Shown here: piece after piece, positions 44,801 to 53,959 of the stretch
Layout: the number at the start of each line of letters is the position of its first letter
Position numbering within the stretch: position 1 is the first letter of the stretch
Virus record (IMG/VR): IMGVR_UViG_3300021256_000061
Length of the DNA: 64,000 nt
Strand: one strand, 5' to 3'
DNA from: a virus
Lineage: Duplodnaviria > Heunggongvirae > Uroviricota > Caudoviricetes
Made by a program: the position numbers and the translations under genes
Notes under the pieces: generated by a model
Told to the model about the DNA's origin: nothing
What the model saw: the letters and a program-made list of their open reading frames with translations, nothing else
Databases searched by the model: none

Positions 44801-45778
44801 GTTTATGATGATGTTGACGAAGATAACACTAAATGTGGCATACAGTATTTAAATGATAATGTCTTTTTAGGTTATTGGGAAGAAGTCGGTAGTGATGACC
44901 CAGAAAATGTCCCATATTATCATGCATATTGCTCATATGGATGTACTTTTGGAGATAACTGCAACTCCAACACATTTGGGAACAGCTGCAACTACAACAC
45001 ATTTGGGAACAGCTGCAACTACAACACATTTGGGAACTACTGCGAATTCAATACATTTGGGAACAGCTGCAACTCCAACACATTTGGGAACAGCTGCAAC
45101 TACAACACATTTGGGGACTACTGCAACTACAACACATTTGGGAACTACTGCGAATCCAACACATTTGGGAACTACTGCAACTACAACACATTTGGGAACA
45201 GCTGCAAATTCAATACATTTGGGAACAGCTGCTACTCCAACACATTTGGGAACAGCTGCGAATTCAATACATTTGGGAACAACTGCAACTCCAACACATT
45301 TGGGAACAGCTGCAACTCCAACACATTTGGGAACAGCTGCAACTACAACACATTTGGGGACTACTGCAAGTCCAACACATTTGGGAACAACTGCAACTCC
45401 AACACATTTGGGAACAGCTGCAACTCCAACACATTTGGGAACAAGTGCAACTCCAACACATTTGGGAACTACTGCGAATCCAATACCTTCGGTGAATCTA
45501 TTCAATATTTTATCATAGGTAATGCTATGAATGCCACGACATTGGAACAAACAAAAAGTTATGTGCGATATCTCATTGTTGAAAATGGTGTTCAAAATGT
45601 AAATGCCTATTGTACAGGTACTACAAGTTCTTCAAGTTATTGTCAAAACATTAAGATTGGCTTAGGGCTGAAAGGAACATCTTCAAGTAATAGGCTGCAA
45701 ATAGATATTACAACTCAGATTGGTGCATCTACGAGTGTCACTTATCAGCCAGCAAACAGTCAAATCATATCAGTGTAA
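41900..45778 (+). CDS. giant tail-fibre/spike-like protein 1 (1292 aa): about 40 Hep_Hag-like 14-aa SHAEG repeats, central globular domain, then about 20 copies of a 9-aa Cys repeat
   Basis: 14-residue periodicity S-H-A-E-G-x-x-T-x-A-x-G-x-x across residues about 90-690; conserved C-terminal block shared with fibre 2. Confidence 0.7.
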   Translation: MKVIHKRSNGNSLPAASAITYGEIAVNYKSGGEALIIKNDSDEIVTFGTDKKNPFEPGTGVNSAQLKGTGAIASGENSVAEGADNIEGQTTPDAGDELLYAKAEGYASHAEGAAHAIGKYSHAEGGGDSIQEGYKTVPTAEGAYSHAEGTHTYAKGSRSHAEGLLTQALGDGSHVEGYKTIGRNANDHAEGLETVAEGWGSHAEGELSVASAARSHAEGYNTKTGGSDTANTRTAGTVAGAYSHAEGNASIANGQAAHAEGTNTLASNHSSHAEGNKTIASAPQSHAEGINTQATANRAHAEGNGSIASGENSHAEGVNTTAIGNGAHAEGNNTIAQGTQSHAEGLSTVASGERSHAEGNGTTATGSFSHAENRTTIAGGHSSHAEGYQTVAGTAEKQASNGDTTDGYFTHAEGNGTRAYGNSSHAEGKDTQANGLASHAEGLRTVASGSISHAEGADTIASGERAHAEGNGTRASGGYSHAEGDATFASGSSSHAEGYKTKASGDSSHAEGAATTASDSCSHAEGGSTTASGPYSHAEGFNTTASGARSHAEGNFTTASTAASHAEGGSTTASGPYSHAEGFNTTASGARSHAEGTSTHKYNGEEVHTYGSYSLASGESSHVEGSNTKATGNCSHAEGNETWASGQHSHAEGLSSVASGNYSHAEGSLSVASGDYSHAEGDYTVTYNHAEHAGGRCNISHKASDDFGNPGNTLVSYGIGYVEGEANVHKNAFEIMQNGDAYLYGVGGYDGTNATASTSNTLQQCLSKIGNLTEITWSALKSLRDSSGLTPGMQYRITDYNTTTTQANTQSAGHQFDIIVVADDNHTLNENARAIKHAGDTYFTGATLEAWELKYDIDNDTTKYSWADATNGKGVIYWMKDEFNNECPYDFKNIQFKRKISLSNGYPELDLTGGTDTWVFTFAATSYHITNDIWSDLKDGSLEPPYGHESDKNTSTYHDNVMGRYIKVYDDVDEDNTKCGIQYLNDNVFLGYWEEVGSDDPENVPYYHAYCSYGCTFGDNCNSNTFGNSCNYNTFGNSCNYNTFGNYCEFNTFGNSCNSNTFGNSCNYNTFGDYCNYNTFGNYCESNTFGNYCNYNTFGNSCKFNTFGNSCYSNTFGNSCEFNTFGNNCNSNTFGNSCNSNTFGNSCNYNTFGDYCKSNTFGNNCNSNTFGNSCNSNTFGNKCNSNTFGNYCESNTFGESIQYFIIGNAMNATTLEQTKSYVRYLIVENGVQNVNAYCTGTTSSSSYCQNIKIGLGLKGTSSSNRLQIDITTQIGASTSVTYQPANSQIISV
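43463..43687 (+). repeat. 99-bp exact direct duplication (43463-43561 and 43588-43687) inside fibre 1
   Basis: Both copies encode SHAEGGSTTASGPYSHAEGFNTTASGARSHAEG. Confidence 0.8.
44940..45490 (+). repeat. 27-bp tandem repeat, about 20 near-perfect copies, in frame (9-aa unit NTFGN-x-C-x-x)
   Basis: caactacaacacatttgggaacagctg reiterated; every unit has one Cys. Confidence 0.9.
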
Positions 45779-45811
45779 TAATAATGCCTTCGTATAAAAA
45801 GAATAAAAGAT

Positions 45812-45991
45812 ATGAAAACAGAAAATAACAGACAATATTATTGTGATGAAGGAAAGGTTTTCCGCCGCAAGGTAGATGGCTTCATCATGGGCAACGGTCT
45901 TGATTTGGGAGACATCGACAGCATCGAGAATTACGAAGAAGTGGACAATCCCAATAATAATGATAATAAAGAAGAAAAAAGCGAGCAATAA
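45812..45991 (+). CDS. small acidic protein between the two fibre genes (59 aa)
   Basis: ATG 45812, TAA 45989-45991; MKTENNRQYYCDEGKVFRRKVDGFIMGNGLDLGDIDSIENYEEVDNPNNNDNKEEKSEQ; below ORF-track cut-off. Confidence 0.35.
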   Translation: MKTENNRQYYCDEGKVFRRKVDGFIMGNGLDLGDIDSIENYEEVDNPNNNDNKEEKSEQ

Positions 45992-45993
45992 AT

Positions 45994-48900
45994 ATGGATA
46001 TTAGACTAAAATCGGGTGAAAGACTTAATTTAGAGGGAAGCGCCATTATCAATGGTAATGTAACCGCATCCACAGTTGTTTTAAAAAATGGTACATCATC
46101 TCAATTCCTTAAGGCTGATGGAAGTGTGGATAGTAATAGTTATGCAACGACCTCCCAACTTTCAGGAAAACAAGATACTCTCGTTAGTGGAACAAACATT
46201 AAGACTGTTAACGATAGTTCAATCCTTGGTTCTGGAAATATAACCGTAGGTACAATCACTGGTATTAACATGAACGGTACCAGTAAGGGCACATCGGGGG
46301 TGGTAGACCTTGGAACTGTGATTACCTCACATCAGGATATATCGGGGAAAGAAAATATCGTCAATAAAACGACGAGTCTTTCCTCGGCTTCTACTGATAC
46401 TCAGTATCCAAGCGCAAAGGCGGTATATGATAGTACTGTTTTTGAAAAGGGCAGTGGAACCAATAGTGCACAACAGAAGAGAAGCGGCGCAATCGCTAGT
46501 GGAGCTAATAGCGTAGCAGCGGGGCAAAACACTAAAGCCATTGGAGATAATTCATTTGCAGAAGGAGGTGGTTCTACAGCTAATACTGTAAATGCTCATG
46601 CTGAGGGATATAACACTTTAGCTCAGGGAAACGCTTCTCACTCAGAAGGATTTTCGACTCAAGCAATAGGTAGTTATTCCCATAGTGAAGGTAATACTTC
46701 TATTGCTTCTGGTGATTATGCATCTCATGCCGAAGGATGGCACACAACAGCTTCTGGCGCACAATCCCACTCTGAGGGATATAGCACTTTAGCTCAGGGA
46801 AGCTCTTCTCACTCAGAAGGATTTTCGACTCAAGCAATGGGTAGTTGTTCTCACAGTGAAGGTAATACTTCTATAGCTTCGGGTGACTACGCTCATGCAG
46901 AAGGATGGCACACAACAGCTTCTGGCGCACAATCCCACTCTGAGGGAAATCAAACAAGCGCATCTGGTAACACTTCACATGCTGAAGGTTCTAATACTAT
47001 CGCATCTGGTAGTTACTCACATTCTGAGGGACAAAATACTCAAGCAAAACAAAATAATGCTCATGCCGAAGGTTCTGGTACTATAGCAGATGGTCATTCT
47101 GCTCATGCCGAAGGTTACAACACACAAGCAATAGCTAATTTTGCCCATTCCGAAGGAAGTAATACAGTTGCAAGTTGGATGTGTGCTCATGCCGAAGGTG
47201 ATGGTACAACCGCAAGTAAAGATGCTGCCCACGCGGAAGGAAAAGGGACCGTTGCTTCGGCGCCAAGAGCTCATGCAGAGGGTAGACGAACGACGGCATC
47301 GGGTTATGCTGCGCATAGTGAAGGTAGTAAGTCCCTGGCTTCTGCAATGGGTGCTCATGCCGAGGGTGGTTTTACGGATGAAAGCGGAGAAGCGGAAATT
47401 GAATATGTGGGTGGTACAGCTGCTAGTGTGGCTTCTCATGCCGAAGGTGTCGAAACTTTTGCTGGGCAGAAGGGCTATAAATACACGACCACAGGTTCTG
47501 TTACTACCCAATTAACGTTGACATCAGTAGATGGACTTGCGGTTGATGATGTCGTGTCAATTGTAAATGACTATAAATACCCCGATTGTTCTACAATCAC
47601 AACAATCAATGGCAATACTGTTACATTTGATTCCTTACCATTCACTGAAATAATATCAGGTTTAACTGACTTTGATGATTATGTTGTGTATGTGTCAGCA
47701 AAACCAACAGTGGGTGATGTTGAATTGGGTATAGCAGCACATGCCGAAGGAGTAGGAAGTAAGTCGCAGAATTGGGCAGCTCATGCAGAGGGTAGGGATA
47801 CAAAAGCTTACGGAGAATACTCACACACTGAGGGTAGAGAAACAACGGCACAATATGCTTCTCATGCTGAAGGCAGAAAAACAGAAGCAATTGGTACCTA
47901 TAGTCATGCTGAAGGTTTCTCAACTCATTCAACAAACGAGGCAACCCACACCGAAGGTAGAGATACTACAGCCAGTGCAAAATTCGCCCATTCTGAAGGG
48001 TATATGAACACCGCATCAGGAGAAGCTTCACATGCTGAAGGCGGTAATGGTTCTGCAATTGGCAATTCATCCCATAAAGAAGGTAATAAGAGTGTTGCTT
48101 ATTCTAAAAATTCACATGCAGAAGGGGAAGAAACTATTGCTGGTGACGCGAATAATCCAAACACAAGCGGAAAAGGCCAAGCGGCTCATGCCGAAGGGTA
48201 TCAAACAAAAGCAATAGGTAATTATACGCACGCCGAGGGCGCCATAACAACAGCATCTGGTAACAACTCTCATGCGGAGGGTGTTAGAACTACAGCATCT
48301 GGTTCTGGGGCACACGCAGAAGGTACTTCTACGAATGTTTATGATGGTTCTACCCCGATAGACCCCGCGGCTACTTATACGTTGGCATCAGGTGGCTACA
48401 GTCACGCGGAGGGTGGAAATACTAAAGCAATTGCTTCTGGCGCACATGCTGAAGGAAATTTTTCATTAGCTTCTGGACTATATTCTCATGCAGAGAATCA
48501 ACAAACACAGGCGACAAATCAGGCGGCTCATGCCGAAGGGGTAAGAACAACTGCAAGTGGCGCGGCAAGTCATGCCGAAGGCGCTGATACAATTGCGTCA
48601 GGTGACAGAGCACATGCCGAGGGAGACCACACTACTGCCTCTGGGCTTCATTCTCATGCAGAAGGGTACAACACCGAAACAGGTGGGAATGCTACCGCTA
48701 ATACAAAAACAGCAGGCACCTCATCTACAAACGGTGCTTATTCCCATGCAGAAGGTAATGCGACAATAGCAAACGGAGTTAATAGCCACGCGGAAGGTAT
48801 GCTTACATTTGCGAAAGGGACTTCTTCACATGCTGAGGGCTATAAAACAAAGGCAAGTGGCGATAGTTCTCACGCCGAGGGCGCCGCAACAACTGCATCT

Positions 48901-49542
48901 GGTTCTGGGGCACACGCAGAAGGTGGAAGTACTAATGCATCTGGTTCTTACTCACACGCAGAAGGTGGAAGTACTACTGCATATGGTTCTTACTCACACG
49001 CAGAAGGTTACAGTACTACTGTATCTAGTTATTACTCACACGCAGAAGGCTATAAGAATACAGCACAAAATACAGCAGAACATGTAGGGGGAAAGTACAG
49101 CGTATCCCACAAAGCATCAGATACTTACGGCAGTAGCGGAAACACCACGTTTGCGCACGGTATAGGCTCATCTACTTCAGATAGAAAGAATGCATTTGAA
49201 ATAATGGAAAGTGGCGATGCCTACTTATATGGTGTCGGAGGATATGATGGGACTAATGCAACGGCAAGTACATCTCAAAGACTTCAAGACATATTAAGCA
49301 TTTTAACTCCTGTTACCATAGAAGGTACAATAAGCCTTGATTCATCAACAGGTCATTATAGATTCACTTCAAACGATGGGGTGAATCCTGTAGACTTTGA
49401 ACCATTCTTTGTTAGTGGTGGTACAATTACTCTAACTATTGATTCTGCCACCCATTGCAGGGTAATATCATATAACTCTGACTTGCGAAAAATGATTGCA
49501 ATAAACCCTGATGATGGTAAACTCATATATTGGGTTGGATAA
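45994..49542 (+). CDS. giant tail-fibre/spike-like protein 2 (1182 aa), paralog of fibre 1 with SH(A/S)EG repeats
   Basis: Same 14-aa repeat; shared C-terminal block NAFEIM(Q/E)(N/S)GDAYLYGVGGYDGTNATASTS; about 80-bp patch identical to fibre 1 (48823-48903 vs 43374-43454). Confidence 0.7.
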   Translation: MDIRLKSGERLNLEGSAIINGNVTASTVVLKNGTSSQFLKADGSVDSNSYATTSQLSGKQDTLVSGTNIKTVNDSSILGSGNITVGTITGINMNGTSKGTSGVVDLGTVITSHQDISGKENIVNKTTSLSSASTDTQYPSAKAVYDSTVFEKGSGTNSAQQKRSGAIASGANSVAAGQNTKAIGDNSFAEGGGSTANTVNAHAEGYNTLAQGNASHSEGFSTQAIGSYSHSEGNTSIASGDYASHAEGWHTTASGAQSHSEGYSTLAQGSSSHSEGFSTQAMGSCSHSEGNTSIASGDYAHAEGWHTTASGAQSHSEGNQTSASGNTSHAEGSNTIASGSYSHSEGQNTQAKQNNAHAEGSGTIADGHSAHAEGYNTQAIANFAHSEGSNTVASWMCAHAEGDGTTASKDAAHAEGKGTVASAPRAHAEGRRTTASGYAAHSEGSKSLASAMGAHAEGGFTDESGEAEIEYVGGTAASVASHAEGVETFAGQKGYKYTTTGSVTTQLTLTSVDGLAVDDVVSIVNDYKYPDCSTITTINGNTVTFDSLPFTEIISGLTDFDDYVVYVSAKPTVGDVELGIAAHAEGVGSKSQNWAAHAEGRDTKAYGEYSHTEGRETTAQYASHAEGRKTEAIGTYSHAEGFSTHSTNEATHTEGRDTTASAKFAHSEGYMNTASGEASHAEGGNGSAIGNSSHKEGNKSVAYSKNSHAEGEETIAGDANNPNTSGKGQAAHAEGYQTKAIGNYTHAEGAITTASGNNSHAEGVRTTASGSGAHAEGTSTNVYDGSTPIDPAATYTLASGGYSHAEGGNTKAIASGAHAEGNFSLASGLYSHAENQQTQATNQAAHAEGVRTTASGAASHAEGADTIASGDRAHAEGDHTTASGLHSHAEGYNTETGGNATANTKTAGTSSTNGAYSHAEGNATIANGVNSHAEGMLTFAKGTSSHAEGYKTKASGDSSHAEGAATTASGSGAHAEGGSTNASGSYSHAEGGSTTAYGSYSHAEGYSTTVSSYYSHAEGYKNTAQNTAEHVGGKYSVSHKASDTYGSSGNTTFAHGIGSSTSDRKNAFEIMESGDAYLYGVGGYDGTNATASTSQRLQDILSILTPVTIEGTISLDSSTGHYRFTSNDGVNPVDFEPFFVSGGTITLTIDSATHCRVISYNSDLRKMIAINPDDGKLIYWVG

Positions 49543-49576
49543 TAAAATATCTTAAACAAACTATATTATCATTATA

Positions 49577-50527
49577 ATGCCCAAAATTCAAATAACAGAA
49601 AACGATATTTATAAAATGGTACGCGGGGTTCTCAAAGAGCTTCACTACGGGCAACAATTACAAATCCCGTTTGAGGGAGAGATTGATACCCCAAATTATA
49701 AGCAGTTTATTGAATATCTTGAAACAATTGGACATTATGGAAAGTTGCATAATCCTGCAACTTCAGTTAATGATTGGTTTAAAGACCCTGAGTTGTTGCA
49801 ATTCGCATTTGAGACCAGATTCATTCAGAGCTATGGTGACCCATCAATAGATTCATTTTATTTAACAAGAACTTTGGAAGATTTCTTATCTTGGTCAAAT
49901 AGACCCGCAAAAGATTTGATTAATCCAGGTTGGCTAAATAGTGATGGGGAATTAGATTTTGATGAATGGAGTGATGGCTTGGGTTTGTATGAAGATACTT
50001 GGAAACAAGAAGTTTTAACCGCTGAAGCCCAAAGAATGTGGCCTGCATTCGCCAGAATCCACGGTAAGGGGTGTTTAAGTAGCTTTATTGAGTATAATCT
50101 TCACATGAATGATTTGGGTCAAATTCAAGTTGAAAGGGAGATTACTATTCCAAAAGCAAACAAGTACTCGAAGTTTCCTCAGTATCAGCGTAAAGATGGA
50201 GAACAGCCGAAAGATTTGGATTATTATGAATTCTTGACAAACAATATGAATTACGGTCGCGGGATTGGCGTATGTTGGGCATACGCAAAGGGGGCTGCCG
50301 AATCTTATAATGCCGACCCATATGGTCCACAGGGGGGATGTGACACAATAACAATGTATGGTTGGGTTAATCCAGAAAGTGTTGATATAAAGACATCGCT
50401 TGAACTGGAAATAATGGATGAATGTGAATTACGTTTAAAAGCCAGCGCCCTAGTTCAAATAGACCGCATTATTATGAGGGAAAACGGCCAAAACCTTTTA
50501 AAGAGTTCAATAGTAGTCCCAGCTTAA
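49577..50527 (+). CDS. motif-family protein (316 aa)
   Basis: N-terminal IQITENDIYKMVRGVLKEL; AACTATATTAT upstream. Confidence 0.5.
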   Translation: MPKIQITENDIYKMVRGVLKELHYGQQLQIPFEGEIDTPNYKQFIEYLETIGHYGKLHNPATSVNDWFKDPELLQFAFETRFIQSYGDPSIDSFYLTRTLEDFLSWSNRPAKDLINPGWLNSDGELDFDEWSDGLGLYEDTWKQEVLTAEAQRMWPAFARIHGKGCLSSFIEYNLHMNDLGQIQVEREITIPKANKYSKFPQYQRKDGEQPKDLDYYEFLTNNMNYGRGIGVCWAYAKGAAESYNADPYGPQGGCDTITMYGWVNPESVDIKTSLELEIMDECELRLKASALVQIDRIIMRENGQNLLKSSIVVPA

Positions 50528-50538
50528 AACAAAAAAAA

Positions 50539-50560
50539 ACACGCTTAATTGCGTGTTTTA
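50539..50560. terminator. hairpin terminator between convergent genes
   Basis: A9 - acacgc ttaatt gcgtgt - tttaaagtttt. Confidence 0.55.
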
Positions 50561-51106
50561 AAGTTTTATATCACTAAAATCTTCGTAGCCCGACTTGGAA
50601 TTTAGTAGCTCTCCCAATTCTTTAATGCTGAATTTTTTAAAATTGGGGGCATGTTCGCCGTCTAACATAAATTTAGTGTATCTTACGCCTGTTCGAAAGC
50701 CAGTTTCCGCATAACTCTCCAAGAGGTCTGCAATTCTACCTTTAAGTTTCATTATGCGCCAATAGTCTCTGGTTCCACGATACTTATTATCTGGTATCAT
50801 AGAATCAACCACCAGGTTTTTTGAAAATTTAATGACATTAGATACATTTTTTGCTCCATCGGTTTCAATGAAGTGTTCGAGGTCTGCCTTTGCAAGGTCG
50901 TGTTCTTTTTTAATCCTCTCAAGAAACATCTCGTAAGCCTCACATCGCCCATTGGCTCGCGCACTGATTTGGGGGTCGGGAGAAGTTATGGCGGCTACCT
51001 TCCAGTTTAGAACACTGTTATACAACGCCGTCACGAGTTCGGTATAAAACTGCTCATAGAGGTCTATCGCTAATTTCGCTACTTTTGCATCTACTTGTGT
51101 TTGCAT
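50558..51106 (-). CDS. hypothetical protein (182 aa)
   Basis: ORF; last gene of the RNA-repair operon. Confidence 0.5.
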   Translation of the reverse strand: MQTQVDAKVAKLAIDLYEQFYTELVTALYNSVLNWKVAAITSPDPQISARANGRCEAYEMFLERIKKEHDLAKADLEHFIETDGAKNVSNVIKFSKNLVVDSMIPDNKYRGTRDYWRIMKLKGRIADLLESYAETGFRTGVRYTKFMLDGEHAPNFKKFSIKELGELLNSKSGYEDFSDIKL

Positions 51107-51504
51107 ACTTTCCTTAATTCTACACTAAGACAAATCGTATTATTAAGTGGTTCCCAGTTTTGTATTTGATTACTCTCCACGGGCTTTGCTCCTGGTGCTA
51201 CAGCGACGGTAACGTGGGGTAAGGCGTTGTTTGTGGGATATCCTGTAACTTTAATGGCCATTGCCCTATCGGAAAGCCCAAGGTCGGTTGCGGTGAGAAC
51301 TGTGCGTTTCCCCAATTCCTTTTCACAGTTATCTCCCCATATTTTTGCATTCTCACTATGGTCATTATAAATAATGGTCATGTGGTCGCAATAGGGCTTC
51401 CAGCCTTCTGGTATTTTACCCGAAAGAGCTTCCATTAAGGTAGCTTTTGCTTCGTCACTAAGGAATAAGCCATAATAAATCCAGTCTTCCATGTTAGTTT
51501 GCAA
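51091..51504 (-). CDS. 2H-phosphoesterase-like protein (LigT/CPDase-like), 137 aa
   Basis: Two H-x-T-x motifs (HMTI and HVTV) 56 residues apart. Confidence 0.45.
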   Translation of the reverse strand: MQTNMEDWIYYGLFLSDEAKATLMEALSGKIPEGWKPYCDHMTIIYNDHSENAKIWGDNCEKELGKRTVLTATDLGLSDRAMAIKVTGYPTNNALPHVTVAVAPGAKPVESNQIQNWEPLNNTICLSVELRKVCKHK

Positions 51505-52750
51505 TTAAAATATTATAACACTCTTCTTTGGTAATTAGAGGGTTGATATAAGCAACGCCCATTACCATGTCTAAATAATGTTTTACTTCCTCAGAGGGGC
51601 CGATGTTTTTAATTTTCATAACATCTTCACCATTTATAGGGAGTGTATATTGAAACATATCTATCCCCCCCTTAATCATTTTATCGGTAGTCTCTATTAC
51701 GGGGTCCACAAGTGTGTGCCCTATCTCGGCAACCATATAAGCACAAGCATCCTGGAACTTTTCATATGTTCCGCAATAGTGGTGGAATCTCCTTATACTT
51801 ACAGGCTTTGCGCTAAGAGGAAACGGGGATACGGCGCCACGTAAGAACTTAACATAATCAACTACGTGGTTGGAATATTTAAGATACTTGAGGTCTTCGT
51901 CATAATCTCTTGAGTAACGTAGAATAACCGCCAGGTTTATAATAGGATTTTTACTGTTAACTTTTTCGATGTCCTTTGCAGCGGTATCCACAAGGTTGTT
52001 ATTACCAAACCCCTCAAAGAAATTAGGGAAAACAAAATGCAATGCACCCACGGAATCGATAAGTTTTAACCCATACCCAGGATTATCACTTGAGAGAATG
52101 CCATCTAGTTCTTTCTGTATTCGCTCATGGCTAATGATTTCAAGGCGTTCAACATTACGCTTCATACCCTCCAGGGTTTCCTTTTCAATAGTTGAGTTGA
52201 AACGAGCACTGAAGCGGATGCAACGCAAAATCCTCAATGGGTCCTCTTTATAGATTATATCAGGGTTTCCACAAGTTCTAAGCACATTGTTTTTTAAATC
52301 GTTAAAACTGTTGCCATTGAAATCGTGTGTGGTTTCCTCGGATATATTGTAGTATATCGCATTGTACGTGAAATCCCTTCTGGTGCAATCATCATTAATT
52401 GTACCAAATGCGGTTTCTGGGTCGCGAGTATTGGCGTCCCTATAACATTCCTTCCTTGTTTGTACTGCCTCCAATTCGAATCCTGGAATGCTCTTAAGGT
52501 GGAACATGGCGGTTCCGAAATTTTCATAAACGACAGGCTCATTTGTAATATGGTCATTAGAAAACAGCCATTTTGCAAATTCAATACCCCCGTTGGGGAG
52601 GTCGATTACAAGGTCAATATCCTTGATTTCTCTACCCATGAGACGGTCGCGTTCACATCCACCCACGGAATAAACGTGGCCTTCCCATTTGGTGCCTTTG
52701 ATTATGCTCTTGAGGGTGTCGATTATTTTTTTGTAATCTGAAAGTAGCAT
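51494..52750 (-). CDS. CCA-adding enzyme / poly(A) polymerase-family tRNA nucleotidyltransferase (418 aa)
   Basis: Class-II NTase head motif VYSVGGCERDRLMGREIKDIDLVIDL (GGxVRD...DiD). Confidence 0.75.
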   Translation of the reverse strand: MLLSDYKKIIDTLKSIIKGTKWEGHVYSVGGCERDRLMGREIKDIDLVIDLPNGGIEFAKWLFSNDHITNEPVVYENFGTAMFHLKSIPGFELEAVQTRKECYRDANTRDPETAFGTINDDCTRRDFTYNAIYYNISEETTHDFNGNSFNDLKNNVLRTCGNPDIIYKEDPLRILRCIRFSARFNSTIEKETLEGMKRNVERLEIISHERIQKELDGILSSDNPGYGLKLIDSVGALHFVFPNFFEGFGNNNLVDTAAKDIEKVNSKNPIINLAVILRYSRDYDEDLKYLKYSNHVVDYVKFLRGAVSPFPLSAKPVSIRRFHHYCGTYEKFQDACAYMVAEIGHTLVDPVIETTDKMIKGGIDMFQYTLPINGEDVMKIKNIGPSEEVKHYLDMVMGVAYINPLITKEECYNILIAN

Positions 52751-52756
52751 GACTCT

Positions 52757-53959
52757 TTAATTATAAATGTAAAACATGTCATTATATTCTTCGCTACTAG
52801 GCCATTCAAAGCCCGAAATCATATTCTCAAAAACTGATTTTGCAATTTGCCCACGTCGCCTAGAGATATTTTCTTCGAGACCGTCGGTTGCTTCAACATA
52901 TATGTAGTGAATTCTCGCATTGAAGTTATTTAGGTTTTCGATAAGTCGCACCCTATGTTCCTTTCTGAGATTAATATTATTAATTATAATATCTTTCCCC
53001 ATTTCCGCGGCTGATTTAAGCCTGTCGTTAAACACCTTGGTGACCTTATCTTCCTGATATTTATTGCAAACGACTTTCTCACCAGCTTTACAGAAACCAA
53101 GTTCGGCTCTGAGGTCGTCTCTACAAAGAACGACAGCCCTCTCGCTGGGCTTGGCTATTGGTTTGTTGTGGGCGTCGGTAATGATTTCATCTGTAGCGCC
53201 TTTGAGAAGGGTATTGTATATAAAAGTGTCTTTACCAGCCCCTGGTAACCCGAGCATGACATAAACATCAAACACGTCCCTATTATCATTAGTCCTTTTC
53301 CAGGCATATTTACCATCTATAGGTAGGACCGAGGGTTGGGAAAGACAATTCATGTGAGAAGCAATATTCCAGATTTCCTTTATTTTAGCGTAATCCTCGT
53401 TCTTGCTGTTGACGTCTGACTGTTCGCTTCCGTCAAGGTCACATTCTTTGAGAATGCAAACATATTTGATGTTTACGTTTTTTGATAGCCTTGCTATTTT
53501 TTCTAGCTGTTCCTTGCCTTCGAAAACCTTCAGGGGTTCCATGTGCCAGCGCACAAGAGAACAAATCTGTTCGCGAATATCGGCTCCTTCATCCCAAAGG
53601 AGCCTGCGGGTGATTTTCTCGCCTTCAATTTCGTGGCCATATGCATGCCAGTTTCCCTTCTTGAAAGTGGTGGTTACTCCCTTGCCGATATCGTGGAAAA
53701 GAGCCGCTGCCATGAGGATTTTAACTTCGAGAGGATGCTTCTTATATGTATAACGGTATTCCTTGAGACGATTTTCCATTGCCTCACAGACTTTCTTTGT
53801 ATGTCGAAAAGCATCGCCCTCCTTGTGCCATATGGGATTTTGTTCGCACTTTTTAAGAACTGCGAATTCATCTATTTTTTCTATTTTCTTCCAATCATAA
53901 AGGAGTTTCCCTTTATCTTCATAGAAGAGTTTGTCAAGAAGTTTTGTCATATTACACAA
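52757..53959 (-). CDS. bifunctional HD phosphohydrolase + P-loop 5'-polynucleotide kinase (Pnk-like) end-healing enzyme (400 aa)
   Basis: HD motifs (RHT, LFHDIGKG, HAYGHE, RWHMEP) in the N-terminal half; Walker A MLGLPGAGKDT followed by VVLCRDDLR resembling the T4 Pnk kinase active site. Confidence 0.6.
   Translation of the reverse strand: MCNMTKLLDKLFYEDKGKLLYDWKKIEKIDEFAVLKKCEQNPIWHKEGDAFRHTKKVCEAMENRLKEYRYTYKKHPLEVKILMAAALFHDIGKGVTTTFKKGNWHAYGHEIEGEKITRRLLWDEGADIREQICSLVRWHMEPLKVFEGKEQLEKIARLSKNVNIKYVCILKECDLDGSEQSDVNSKNEDYAKIKEIWNIASHMNCLSQPSVLPIDGKYAWKRTNDNRDVFDVYVMLGLPGAGKDTFIYNTLLKGATDEIITDAHNKPIAKPSERAVVLCRDDLRAELGFCKAGEKVVCNKYQEDKVTKVFNDRLKSAAEMGKDIIINNINLRKEHRVRLIENLNNFNARIHYIYVEATDGLEENISRRRGQIAKSVFENMISGFEWPSSEEYNDMFYIYN

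Noticed and set aside
44892-45595. Long ORFs on both strands (for example 44892..45518 + 'HLGTAATTTHLGT...', 44933..45595 - 'AVVPKCVGVA...', 45264..45461 -) and a possible CRISPR-like array
   Set aside because: They are frame and strand images of the 27-bp in-frame coding repeat inside fibre gene 41900..45778. Units are contiguous with no unique spacers, so it is neither a CRISPR array nor independent genes.
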